From contig DAHXLF010000001.1 in the NCBI GenBank assembly GCA_027371755.1, positions 1-51,361 of the forward strand: 51,361 bases of DNA, given 5' to 3'. The notes beneath the pieces are model-generated. The model did no database searches. It was not told where the DNA came from and was given only the letters and a program-made list of their open reading frames with translations. The translations under genes and the position numbers were made by a program. Source of the stretch: Acidimicrobiales bacterium (GTDB taxonomy: Bacteria; Actinomycetota; Acidimicrobiia; Acidimicrobiales; JABEUL01). Below are positions 1 through 9,635 of the stretch, one piece after another. How positions within the stretch are numbered: position 1 is the stretch's first letter; every line of letters begins with the position of its first letter.

Positions 1-135
1 CATTCAATAAAATTGAAGTATAATTAAAAATGAAACATTCATAAAATTGAACTATAAATGAAATTAAACATTCAATAAAATTGAAGTATAAATAAAATTA
101 AAAATTCAAAAAAAATATTAAAATTAATTTTTATC
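1..135. repeat. AT-rich tandem direct repeat array with a ~33-35 bp unit. There are three good copies plus a degenerate fourth, and the array is truncated by the left window edge.
   Basis: 'cattcaataaaattgaagtataa' at 1-23 recurs identically at 69-91. The variant 'cattcataaaattgaactataa' lies at 36-57. A degenerate copy starts near 104. Confidence 0.8.
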
Positions 136-493
136 GAAGGTCAAAATGCGTTAGTATTTTAGAAAAAATATAAAAATCAATTTCTTTAAAAAAATATAAA
201 TTAAAGACTCTATGCCTTTCGTCTTGCACGCGTTTATAAATAGCACTATGATAATAAGGTGTGTTAAATTGTTTAACCTTAATTTACCCAATTCAGATAA
301 TTTAAGTGTTGTAGGCGGATTTTAGGAGTAATCAATTTCATCTACTGATGTTTGTTATTTTAGAATAAATAAGGTTCTTGATAATAGTTAAATCGTTTTA
401 AATAATTCATTTAATTTGAAATATTATTTGACCGAACTTAAATGTTAGACTTAATTTGTCACTGGAATAGTTGTTCAAGGAGAATGTACGCAG

Positions 494-2146
494 ATGGCTC
501 AATATAAAATAGATATTTCTGGAAAGACAGCAACCGAGAAGAAGCCGCTTTTCCCGTTGAGAGGACAAAACAGAGTTATCGTTGCTGCGGTTGTTTTAAT
601 TTTGTTAATTGCTGCACTATATTTTTCACCAAAGTTAGCGGCTACTCAATCTACTTCGGTAAATTTTACCGCAAATGGACCAACAGCAAACCTAATCTTT
701 CAACCTGGCAAAACAGTCGGAGGTATTTCCTGTGGGCAGGGAGTTAGGCAGGTTCCGTTTTCGAAATATTCACCATGGTGCGAACCAGCTTGGCACGGTA
801 ACAACGGCGGAGCGACGTCAAACGGGGTAACTTCAACAACAATAACGATAGATTACAGAGAAGCAGCTTCTGCAGATTTAAACTTGGCATATTCTATCAT
901 CCCAAAGGAGATAATTGGGACCAACACCGAAGCAATAAACACTTTACAGGCCTATATTAATGTATTTAATAAGTATTTTGAACTTTACGGAAGACGTGTA
1001 GTCCTAAAGCCGTTTGTGGGACAGAGTGACTTCATACAAGAAGATTTAAACGCAGATACACCTTATGCGCAAGCGGATGCAATTACGGTCGCATCGAAGC
1101 TACATTCGTTTGCGGATGTTTCTTTAATAGATTCAACCAGCATCTATGATACCTATCTGACTCGATCGCATGTAGTGAATTTTGGAATGGGGGACCTTCC
1201 TCTAAGCTACTATATGGCTAATTACCCCTATTCGTATACGCCATATCCCACGTGTAACCAAATGGCAGAAGGAGATGCGGCAGTTATCGGTAAGGCATTT
1301 GCAAACATTCCAGCTATTTTTGCCGGCGATCCTACCATGCATTCTCAGCCAGGAACCATAGGGGTAGTTTATCCCGAGGGTAACTATTCTCCGCAGTGTA
1401 TCGGACCGATGATAAGCATATTAAAGAATACCTATCACGTTACACCAGCCGTAGTTGCTTCATATACGCTTGACTTTTCAACAATTGCTCAACAGGAGGC
1501 GGCAATTTTTGCACAATTTAAAGACAAGCATGTTAATACGGTTGTTTGTGAAGGATGCGATCCTGTAGCTCCAAAGCTGTTCTTAAATTATGCCGCTCAA
1601 AATAATTACTTTCCGCAGTGGTACGCCGAAGCACTTGGGGCGCCGACAGGAGGCATAGATGCATTTGGACGCGCTGTTGCCAATGATAAACCAAACATGC
1701 CTCAATCAGAAATGTCGCACGTTGTTTTGGTCGATAGAGCTGAAGCTCCTCCGCAAGACACAGAGGCCTATCAGGTTTACCAAATGGGCAAAACCCCCGG
1801 GATGAAAATGCTGCCTGTTTATCCGCTTGCCTATGCTCAGATATTAATGTTGTTCATCGGGCTTCAGGCTGCTGGACCCAATTTAACACCAACTACTTTT
1901 GCAGAAGGTCTGGCATCTCTTCCGACCTCGCTTCCGGGCGGTGAGTTTGGACAGTGGAAGTTCGGCCCTCAGACAGTAACTCCGACCAATACCTTCCAAT
2001 TGACTTATTGGAATCCCAATGCGACGAGCTTGTTGGACGGTAAAAAAGGTGAATTCGTAGTTTGTAACAACGGACAGGAGTTTAACTGGAACGGAGCCCC
2101 GCAACTTCCCACAGGTAAACATCTCCAGTGTTTCGGTCATAAATAA
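494..2146 (+). CDS. Membrane-anchored extracytoplasmic protein, possibly a remote type-I periplasmic-binding (LivJ-like) fold
   Basis: 550-aa ORF with a short basic N-terminus and one TM helix (VIVAAVVLILLIAALYF). The ectodomain segment ITIDY...AYINVFNKYFELYGRRVVLKPF...ADAITVASKLHSFADVS mirrors the layout of the bona fide LivJ-like protein at 5537-6853. The fold assignment is tentative. Confidence 0.5.
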   Translation: MAQYKIDISGKTATEKKPLFPLRGQNRVIVAAVVLILLIAALYFSPKLAATQSTSVNFTANGPTANLIFQPGKTVGGISCGQGVRQVPFSKYSPWCEPAWHGNNGGATSNGVTSTTITIDYREAASADLNLAYSIIPKEIIGTNTEAINTLQAYINVFNKYFELYGRRVVLKPFVGQSDFIQEDLNADTPYAQADAITVASKLHSFADVSLIDSTSIYDTYLTRSHVVNFGMGDLPLSYYMANYPYSYTPYPTCNQMAEGDAAVIGKAFANIPAIFAGDPTMHSQPGTIGVVYPEGNYSPQCIGPMISILKNTYHVTPAVVASYTLDFSTIAQQEAAIFAQFKDKHVNTVVCEGCDPVAPKLFLNYAAQNNYFPQWYAEALGAPTGGIDAFGRAVANDKPNMPQSEMSHVVLVDRAEAPPQDTEAYQVYQMGKTPGMKMLPVYPLAYAQILMLFIGLQAAGPNLTPTTFAEGLASLPTSLPGGEFGQWKFGPQTVTPTNTFQLTYWNPNATSLLDGKKGEFVVCNNGQEFNWNGAPQLPTGKHLQCFGHK

Positions 2147-2324
2147 CTCCATGTAGAAATAACCGTTTGTAAGTGTGCTGCGGTGTTTGGAGCATCCTTT
2201 TTGTGGGCACTAGCGGTCAGATCATCGCTTCTGTGAGGTTTGTCGATCAATGTTACAGTGTCTCAAAACATTGGACTGATTTTAAAGTTTGAATATGTGA
2301 GATTTGGTCAATTGTTTGTTTTAG

Positions 2325-2356
2325 CCTGTAAGGCAATAATCCTGTAAGGTAATAAT
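2325..2356. repeat. 16-bp tandem duplication (2 copies, 1 mismatch)
   Basis: cctgtaaggcaataat (2325-2340) is immediately followed by cctgtaaggtaataat (2341-2356), in a 570-bp intergenic region. Confidence 0.85.
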
Positions 2357-2668
2357 TATGTGCGGCCTTATCTAGATGTGTGCAGTTGTAGTAATTTAAA
2401 TCTTGGTCTTGCGTGGATTTTGAATTTTTAGTTGTGTCTGGCTTTAATGGCAATGGATGACTGCGGAATATTCAAATATGCTGTAATTTTTAAAGAATAA
2501 CATAAATAATGACAATGAAGCTATTCAGGCTTATTGCATAACTCAGTTTTATCTTTGGATATTCAACAGTTTAATGAAAGTCCCAGCGGTACGTTTTGAA
2601 CTGATTGAAATTCTAATGCGGTCTTGACATTTTTTTTAGTATCAATTATGCTTAAATAATTACGTTTG

Positions 2669-2696
2669 TTGACAGGCAAATTCAAACGGATAATTT
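2669..2696 (+). promoter_or_regulatory. Candidate sigma-70-type promoter for the beta-helix lipoprotein gene
   Basis: TTGACA (2669-2674), a 16-nt spacer, then TAATTT (2691-2696). AGGAGA (2707-2712) lies 6 nt before the ATG at 2719. This is motif match only. Confidence 0.3.
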
Positions 2697-2718
2697 TTTT
2701 GCATTCAGGAGATAAAAA

Positions 2719-4398
2719 ATGATGACTATAATTACGAAGTTGGCTTCGTCGAAAAATCGACCGAATAAATATAATAAGCTGACAATGCTTTTGGGAATAT
2801 TTGTTTTATTTGGGTCGATTTTGGCTTCTTGCTCTGGCAGTTCAACCCCAACTTCAAGCAATCAGACGCCGACTGGAAAAGTTCTACTTGTGGGGACCTT
2901 TAACGGGGTTAAGGGGCAGTATACAACTATTCAGGATGCGGTCAATGCGTCCAAACCAGGTGACTGGATATTGGTGGCTCCCGGAGATTATCACGAAGAT
3001 TATTCCATGACGCATGTTCCTAGTGCTGCTCAAATTAAACTCGGTGGATTTGGTGGAGTATTAATCAGGACTTCTGATTTGACCCTACGTGGTATGAATC
3101 GAAATACCGTTGTTGTAGATGGAACAAAGCCAGGCTCTCCGCAGTGCTCGTCGGCTACTCAAAATCAAGACTTTGGCCCAGTCGGTAGCAATGGTCAACC
3201 CATGGGCACAAACGGTATAGTCGTATTTGAAGCCAATAATACTTGGATTCAAAATTTAACTGTATGTAACTATCTAGGCGGAAGTGCAGGCGGAGGTAAC
3301 GGAATTTGGTGGGACGGAGGATCCGGTACAGCCAAAATTGGGCTTCACGGTTACTGGGGTAGTTATTTGACCGCAACCTCTGATTATTATAATCCGCAAA
3401 ATCCAGGGGCGACAGGAACATATGGCATTTTCGCTAATTCGGCTGCGGGACCCGCAAGTTGGAATCAAATATACGCGAGTAACTATAACGATTCTGGAAT
3501 GTATGTAGGTGCTTGCCAGCAGGTATGTGGAATTACTATTAATCATGCATGGATGGAATACAACGCACTTGGATATTCGGGCACAAATTCTGGCGGTGCC
3601 ATTGTAATTGAAAATTCTCAATTCAACAACAACCAGGATGGATTCGATACAAATACTCAAATTGCGGGTGACCCGCCACCGCCCCAAAACGGAGACTGTC
3701 CTAATGGGAAGATCAGCCCGATCACACACACCAGATCTTGTTGGGTATTCATGCACAATTACGTTCATGATAATAATAATCCTAATGTGCCGACTTCAGG
3801 TTATGCTGGTCTCGGACCCACCGGTACAGGCATGACGGTGTCCGGCGGTAGAAACGACACGATTATGAATAACGTATTTGAAAACAACGGAGCTTGGGGC
3901 ATATTATTTGTTCCATTCCCCGACGGAGACAAGCCGTATCCAGGAGTTACCTGCGCCAATAGCGGCGGCTTCTCAAATCCATTATTTAAGGGATGTATTT
4001 ATAATCCTGAAGGCGATGCGCTTTTAAATAATAAATTTATTCACAACGGGTTTTTCGGAAATCCGACTAACGGTGATTATGGTCAAATCGTAATGAACAG
4101 TGGCTTGCCGCAAAACTGCTTTGCAGGCAACGTTGCACCAGATGGCAGTACCCCTGCTAATTTAGAGCAGGTTCAGGCTAAGTGCGGGATTATAACAAAG
4201 CAGGCAAACACCGGCGGTGCTTTATTGGGTCAGGTTCTTTGCGATACGCATTTTCTTCCCTGTGCGTCCGGAAGTAATTATCCGACTGCAACTCAGGTGG
4301 TGTTACATCCTTTGCCTTCGAATTTGCCCACGATGCCAAATCCTTGCAAGGGAGTTCCAAATAATCCGTGGTGCAAGAACGGTAAACCTATTAGTTAA
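2719..4398 (+). CDS. Secreted lipoprotein with right-handed parallel beta-helix (PbH1/pectin-lyase-fold) repeats
   Basis: Lipobox SILASC after a hydrophobic signal. N-terminal motif GDWILVAPGDYHED. Periodic Asn/Gly-rich turns (NNNQDGFDTN, HDNNNPN, ENNGAWGI, HNGFFGN) are typical of beta-helix repeats. Confidence 0.65.
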   Translation: MMTIITKLASSKNRPNKYNKLTMLLGIFVLFGSILASCSGSSTPTSSNQTPTGKVLLVGTFNGVKGQYTTIQDAVNASKPGDWILVAPGDYHEDYSMTHVPSAAQIKLGGFGGVLIRTSDLTLRGMNRNTVVVDGTKPGSPQCSSATQNQDFGPVGSNGQPMGTNGIVVFEANNTWIQNLTVCNYLGGSAGGGNGIWWDGGSGTAKIGLHGYWGSYLTATSDYYNPQNPGATGTYGIFANSAAGPASWNQIYASNYNDSGMYVGACQQVCGITINHAWMEYNALGYSGTNSGGAIVIENSQFNNNQDGFDTNTQIAGDPPPPQNGDCPNGKISPITHTRSCWVFMHNYVHDNNNPNVPTSGYAGLGPTGTGMTVSGGRNDTIMNNVFENNGAWGILFVPFPDGDKPYPGVTCANSGGFSNPLFKGCIYNPEGDALLNNKFIHNGFFGNPTNGDYGQIVMNSGLPQNCFAGNVAPDGSTPANLEQVQAKCGIITKQANTGGALLGQVLCDTHFLPCASGSNYPTATQVVLHPLPSNLPTMPNPCKGVPNNPWCKNGKPIS

Positions 4399-4413
4399 AT
4401 TTAAATCATACTT

Positions 4414-5400
4414 TTAGGTCTGTTCCCCATTGTAAGACGGGAGTTTCGCGAGTAGGAATATTCCGTAAATAGATACGAGTAAAAAAAGGGTTTCGAGGAA
4501 AACTTGAAACCCGCTGGTATTTATACTCTCCTTGAATCCGGCTACTCCGATGATAAGGCTTATGACAGGATTGGACACAGTGAGTGCCGGCAAAGACCAT
4601 CCAATTTGGTCTCCTTGAAATGCGCTTTGAACCAGAAATAAGACTATTGCATAATCTATTATGAGAGCAATGAATTCCCAAGAGTAAGCTTCTTTGATCA
4701 TCGAAGTAAATATGTTATGTGACCCCTTATAATTCATGTAGAGATTATGCGTAACTTCTTTTGTAAATGCTGCCGCCAGGCCATTGATTAAACCGGCTGC
4801 CGTTGCTTGCATGGTTGACCGAGAGGAAATTTTAGCCCGTCGTGACATTAAAATGATTGCGATGGAAACAACCGCAGTTGAGGAAATAATTATTATCCAA
4901 GTGTGGAGGCCAGCGACTCTGCTACCACCTCTTGCTTGTGCCACCAATAAGAACGCAATAAGGCCCGATGCAACGAAAAACGAAGCTACCCACTCTTTTG
5001 GAGTCATGGCACGCTTATGAATAAATCTCGCCGATATCGGTAGCGCAAAAACTACTCCCAGTACCAGCAGAGGTTGAACCAAAGCCAACGACCCTTTTAA
5101 TAATGCAACGGCCTGAAAGATAAAACCTGCAAGGCTTGAACCAATTCCTAAAAGCCACATTGGTTGTTTTAGGAGCTTGCCTATTAGCGAAAGGTGAAGA
5201 TTCAAATTTTCGCCTTGTAAGGATGCTTTAAATTGTTGAATTACTGCTGCGATCGCGAAGAAAATTGCGCTGATTATGCTACATGTAATTACTAATACCA
5301 TTGGATTAAAGTTGAAAGGGACAAATGTCTTAAATAGCTTAACTTGAATTTTATACCTTGCCGTCGCTCCTTTGGAATATATGCTTTGCGAAATATTCAA
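4414..5400 (-). CDS. Polytopic integral membrane protein of unassigned family (possibly DMT/EamA-like)
   Basis: 328-aa ORF, almost entirely hydrophobic, with roughly 9-10 predicted TM segments. I recognise no diagnostic motif. The start may be at an internal Met. Confidence 0.5.
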   Translation of the reverse strand: MNISQSIYSKGATARYKIQVKLFKTFVPFNFNPMVLVITCSIISAIFFAIAAVIQQFKASLQGENLNLHLSLIGKLLKQPMWLLGIGSSLAGFIFQAVALLKGSLALVQPLLVLGVVFALPISARFIHKRAMTPKEWVASFFVASGLIAFLLVAQARGGSRVAGLHTWIIIISSTAVVSIAIILMSRRAKISSRSTMQATAAGLINGLAAAFTKEVTHNLYMNYKGSHNIFTSMIKEAYSWEFIALIIDYAIVLFLVQSAFQGDQIGWSLPALTVSNPVISLIIGVAGFKESINTSGFQVFLETLFLLVSIYGIFLLAKLPSYNGEQT

Positions 5401-5536
5401 AGCCAGGGTTCAACACTTTATCGGTTAATCAAATTAAAATTTTAGTTAGCTTATAATTTATTGACAAATAAGGCATTATGGTTGAATTGTTTAGCTACTA
5501 TAAAAATAGCTTGCAAAGAATTCGTATAGGGAAAGG

Positions 5537-6853
5537 GTGATTATGAGTTCAAAACTGAAGGTTATCGTTTTTGGTTTAATAATAAGCATAACAATTGCAG
5601 CTTGCTCCAATGCCGGACAACAAACTTCCAGCTCCGGGCAGGTTAATGGCATCACTGCCAATAGCATTACGATTGGCGGTTTGGCTTCGCTGACAGGTCC
5701 GCTTACGGCTGATTTTGCTCCGACATTTGACGGCGTTAGTGCCTACGTAGATCAAATAAACTCTCAAGGCGGTGTTTGGGGCCGAAAAATTAATTTTGCT
5801 TATAAGCTTGACGACGGTTCGGATCCGTCACAAGACGTAGATCAGGCGAGGAATCTCGTTACTGAGTTTAAGGTATTCGCAATCGTTGGAGTTGCAACTC
5901 CAAGTTTTGAAGCTGCGGGGTATCTTTCCAACAACGGTATCCCTACTTTCGGAATGGCAATTAATCCGGGTTGGAGTCCCTCCAAAAACATGTTTGGAGT
6001 GGGAGGTTCGTACGTAAATTTTACAGGCGCTCAAAATGAAGTAGCTTATCTTGCAGAAATGACCCATTCGACTAAGGTAGCGGTTCTTTCTTATAATATT
6101 GCCGAGTCTTCCCAGGGGTGTACTGGAGCCATTGCTGGATTGAAGAAATACGGTATCGATGTAGTTTATACGGATTTAGGAATTCCGGCACCTGCCGTTG
6201 ACCTTAGTGCGGATGTAGCTAATATTGCCAATAAGGGCGCTAATATGGTGGTGAGCTGTATGGATCTATCGGGCAATTTATTATTGTCCCAACAAATTCA
6301 CCAACAGGGTTTGCACGTTATCCAATATTGGTACGACGGATATGACCCTTCAAGTTTGAACAATCCAACGGATGCACAATTGATGAACTCGGTCTACTTC
6401 TCGCTTCAAAATGCACCTTTTTCGGCAGGCGTTCAAGACCCAAAGGCCTATCCGGGAATGGCAACTTATTTAGCTGATATGGCCAAATATTTTCCCAACG
6501 AACTGCCTTCTGAGGCTTCATTGGACGGTTTTGCCTCAGCCTATTTATTTGTAAGTGGTCTTAAAATGGCCGGTAGGGATTTGACGCGTACAAAACTTAT
6601 CAATGCGATTAATTCAATATCATCGTTTACCGCAGGCGGTATTTTGGCTCCGGTAGATTGGAGAATTGCACACACTTCAAGCGGTTCGATTGATTGTCAG
6701 TCCTTCGTCCAAGTTGAAAACGGACAATTTGTAAATAGATTTGGATCTGACGGATCTCTGTTTACATGTTTTAATACAACTTTGAAAAATCCCAAAACAG
6801 TTAAAACCGTGAATAATGTGATAGGCCTGCCAGGAGCCTATGCAACCAAGTAA
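5537..6853 (+). CDS. ABC transporter substrate-binding lipoprotein, LivJ/branched-chain amino acid (Peripla_BP_6) family
   Basis: Lipobox ITIAAC. Canonical N-terminal layout ITIGGLASLTGPL...AYVDQINSQGGVWGRKINF...DDGSDP...VFAIVGV. It heads an operon with permease and ATPase genes. The start is GTG 5537 or ATG 5543. Confidence 0.8.
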   Translation: MIMSSKLKVIVFGLIISITIAACSNAGQQTSSSGQVNGITANSITIGGLASLTGPLTADFAPTFDGVSAYVDQINSQGGVWGRKINFAYKLDDGSDPSQDVDQARNLVTEFKVFAIVGVATPSFEAAGYLSNNGIPTFGMAINPGWSPSKNMFGVGGSYVNFTGAQNEVAYLAEMTHSTKVAVLSYNIAESSQGCTGAIAGLKKYGIDVVYTDLGIPAPAVDLSADVANIANKGANMVVSCMDLSGNLLLSQQIHQQGLHVIQYWYDGYDPSSLNNPTDAQLMNSVYFSLQNAPFSAGVQDPKAYPGMATYLADMAKYFPNELPSEASLDGFASAYLFVSGLKMAGRDLTRTKLINAINSISSFTAGGILAPVDWRIAHTSSGSIDCQSFVQVENGQFVNRFGSDGSLFTCFNTTLKNPKTVKTVNNVIGLPGAYATK

Positions 6854-6933
6854 GTGTGATCTTAAGTGCCTGCCGGAGAGCCTAGTAAAAAACTAACAAC
6901 CGAAAGGGCTTATAATGCGGTTACATTTTTGAT

Positions 6934-8871
6934 ATGAAAGATCTGCCAGTATTTATAATTGCGGGAATTCCTTTTGGGTGCGTCTACGCTTTAGGCGCAT
7001 CTGGATTGGTTTTAAGTTATAAGACCTCTGGATTGTTAAATCTGGCATTCGGGGCCCAGGCATTTATTACCAGTCTTTTCTTTTACTCCAGTTATGATGC
7101 CAACTGGCCTTTCGCGCTCGCTTTTATTATTTGGGTCATTTTATTCAGCTTTCTGTTGGGAGTAGTATTTGACAAGGTACTGTTTCAAAAACTTCGACAT
7201 TCTTCGGTAAGCGTGAAGTTGGTAGGTGTTTTGGGACTGCTGATTGCTTTGCCTTCCATAGCGCAGGCACTGCTCGGACAGAGAAGCCCAAATATAAAGC
7301 CGTTTTTGTTTTCGACGAACAAAATTTATTTCAGATTATTTTCCTATCCCGTCAGCGGCGAAAATATTCAAACTGTAATTGTAACTTTGATAGTAATCAT
7401 TCTGCTCACCTGGCTGTTAAGATATTCTAAAATCGGACTTTCCATGAAGGCAGTAGTTGAAAGCCCCAAGCTGGCTCAGCTAAACGGGATATCTGCAGAG
7501 AGAGTAAGTTCGATCGCATTCGGTATATCCGGTATATTGGCGGGGCTAAGCGGAGTTCTGTTGGCTCCCATTTTGCATGAAATCAATTCGTACGATTTGA
7601 CTTTATTGGTCGTAGCCGGTACAGCAGGTGCTGCTTGCGGTGGTTTTAGCTCACTTCCGCTAACATTTTTATTTTCGATTGGTTTGGGGATTTTGCAAGA
7701 AGTGGTTGCCGGCTACGTACCTCAGAACTTTGCATTGGCGGCCTCAATTAGACCGTCATTGCCGTTTATAGTTTTAATCGGTGCATTATTATTCAACAGA
7801 AGGCTTAAGAACATAGGTAATATTAAAGATCCTATGGCTGAAGTTGACCCGCCACAGCGTTCTTTGCTCAAATATTATTCATATAATCCAGTCAAGCTGA
7901 GAGCAATTATTTTGGCTGTTGTATTGGTTTCATTTTTTTCAGTTACCTTTGGAGGGATAGTCTCAGGCAATTGGAAGTTCGTTTTATGTCAAGGTTGCGC
8001 CTTGGCGGTCATATTTCTGTCCATTACATTGCTAACGGGTTCTACGGGAATTGTATCGCTGTCGCAGGCAACCTTTGCGGGATTCGGGGCGTTTCTAACT
8101 GCTCAACTTGTTTCAAGGTATAATTTGCCGGTTTTGGTTGCGCTGGTGATGGCTACGTTTATCTGTCTGTTAATTGGTTTAGTGGTGGCACTGTTTTCTC
8201 TAAAGTTGAAGGGGTTAGGGGCGGCACTTTTAACTCTTGGATTCGCTCTTTTGGCTGACAATCTAATTTTTCCGAGCTCTTATTTAGCTAATGGTGCAAC
8301 TGGGGTATACCTGCCTCGACCGACAATCGGGTCGATTAATTTTAACTCGGATAAGTATTGGTTCATCTTCGAAGCCGTTGTTCTGGTTTTAACGGCGTCG
8401 TTTGTCATCGTGGTGCGTTCAAGTAAAAAGGGGTTAGAGGCACTGGCAATTAGTGGGTCGGTTCCAGGCGCTCAATCAATTGGTTTAGATTACTCAAAAA
8501 GCGCACTCTTATTTTTCAGTATTGCTGCTGCGATTGCGGGGTTTGGCGGAGGGCTGTATGGAATTACTCAGCAGAATATTTCAAGTCAAGATTTTAATTG
8601 GGAATTCTCTTTGCTGTTTTTGGTCTTGGTCGTAGTGATGGGAGTCAGATCCATAGAAGGGGCTTTAGTGGGAGCCTTTGCATATGTGATTGTACAAGAA
8701 CTTTTGGATACTTATGCCGGTAACAATATCGGGCTTATAATTTCGATTGCAGTTGGTTTGTTGGCTTTGATTTGGGTATTGGATCCAGAAGGTTTAGTTG
8801 AAAGACAAAATAGAATTTGGGTATCTACATACAGAAGTTTGAAGCTGAGACGCGATAAGGCAGTAGTTTGA
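6934..8871 (+). CDS. Fused LivH-LivM-type branched-chain amino acid ABC permease
   Basis: 645-aa polytopic protein. The N-terminal ~300 aa look like LivH and the C-terminal ~330 aa like LivM. It lies between the binding-protein and ATPase genes, and its stop overlaps the next start (TTGA at 8868-8871). Confidence 0.8.
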   Translation: MKDLPVFIIAGIPFGCVYALGASGLVLSYKTSGLLNLAFGAQAFITSLFFYSSYDANWPFALAFIIWVILFSFLLGVVFDKVLFQKLRHSSVSVKLVGVLGLLIALPSIAQALLGQRSPNIKPFLFSTNKIYFRLFSYPVSGENIQTVIVTLIVIILLTWLLRYSKIGLSMKAVVESPKLAQLNGISAERVSSIAFGISGILAGLSGVLLAPILHEINSYDLTLLVVAGTAGAACGGFSSLPLTFLFSIGLGILQEVVAGYVPQNFALAASIRPSLPFIVLIGALLFNRRLKNIGNIKDPMAEVDPPQRSLLKYYSYNPVKLRAIILAVVLVSFFSVTFGGIVSGNWKFVLCQGCALAVIFLSITLLTGSTGIVSLSQATFAGFGAFLTAQLVSRYNLPVLVALVMATFICLLIGLVVALFSLKLKGLGAALLTLGFALLADNLIFPSSYLANGATGVYLPRPTIGSINFNSDKYWFIFEAVVLVLTASFVIVVRSSKKGLEALAISGSVPGAQSIGLDYSKSALLFFSIAAAIAGFGGGLYGITQQNISSQDFNWEFSLLFLVLVVVMGVRSIEGALVGAFAYVIVQELLDTYAGNNIGLIISIAVGLLALIWVLDPEGLVERQNRIWVSTYRSLKLRRDKAVV

Positions 8872-9635
8872 CGAAAGAAGCTCTAAAAGTACAAAATCTC
8901 TGTTTTAATTATGGGAATTTGGAGATATTAAAGGATGTCTCTCTGGCAGTGTCCCAAAACAGTATTCACGGCGTAGTCGGCGCAAACGGAGCTGGTAAAA
9001 GTACTTTTTTAGATGTGGTTGCAGGTTATCTAAAACCCAAGTCGGGAAATATAAATTTAATGGGTAAGGATATAACTGGTGAATCGGTGGTCGGTCGCAT
9101 TAAGCTTGGACTGGCACGCACATTTCAAAAAGTTGAGTTGTACTCAACTCTGGACGTTTATGATCATGTACTGCTTGCTATACGACAAAAAGAGAAGTTG
9201 AAAAATCATAAAAGATCAAAGCTTGATATTTTTAAACAACACGGTCCTAGTAAGGCCGAGGCAGTAGAGGTCGATGAGATTTTAGAAAAAGTCGGGCTTA
9301 TAAATCTTAAAAACATACCTGTGTCCACAGTTTCTCTTGGACTAAGCCGAATGGTGGAACTTGCACGTGCGCTAGCGCTTGATCCTAAGTTAATACTTCT
9401 GGACGAACCGTCATCCGGGCTGAATCCGGACGAAACAGGTCGTTTTACGGATTTAATTTTAAATTTGGTTGCATCTTCGGATGTTTCATTTTTAATTGTT
9501 GAACATGATTTGTCAGTGATCACAACGTCAACGCGGGAGTTGACGGTATTGGACATGGGAAAGGTATTGGCATCAGGCTTAACGTCTGAAGTGCTAGACG
9601 ACCCAGACGTGAAATATACTTATCTGGGGCGTTAA
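8868..9635 (+). CDS. livG: ABC transporter ATP-binding protein, LivG-like
   Basis: Walker A GANGAGKST, signature LSLGLSR, Walker B LILLDEPSSGL. The C-terminal tail DPDVKYTYLG is typical of LivG. Confidence 0.85.
   Translation: MTKEALKVQNLCFNYGNLEILKDVSLAVSQNSIHGVVGANGAGKSTFLDVVAGYLKPKSGNINLMGKDITGESVVGRIKLGLARTFQKVELYSTLDVYDHVLLAIRQKEKLKNHKRSKLDIFKQHGPSKAEAVEVDEILEKVGLINLKNIPVSTVSLGLSRMVELARALALDPKLILLDEPSSGLNPDETGRFTDLILNLVASSDVSFLIVEHDLSVITTSTRELTVLDMGKVLASGLTSEVLDDPDVKYTYLGR

Noticed and set aside
1-135. Possibility that the left-edge repeats are a CRISPR array
   Set aside because: The units abut with about 10-nt AT-only linkers instead of 25-40-nt unique spacers. The repeat is not palindromic, and no cas genes are present.
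2253-2453. 66-aa minus-strand ORF in the 570-bp spacer. ORFs 19409..19633 and 19647..19886 (minus strand) are similar cases.
   Set aside because: They have AT-rich, low-complexity translations, no ribosome-binding sites and no motifs. 19647..19886 overlaps the start of the surface-protein gene, and 19409..19633 spans the 12-bp palindrome. They are judged non-coding.
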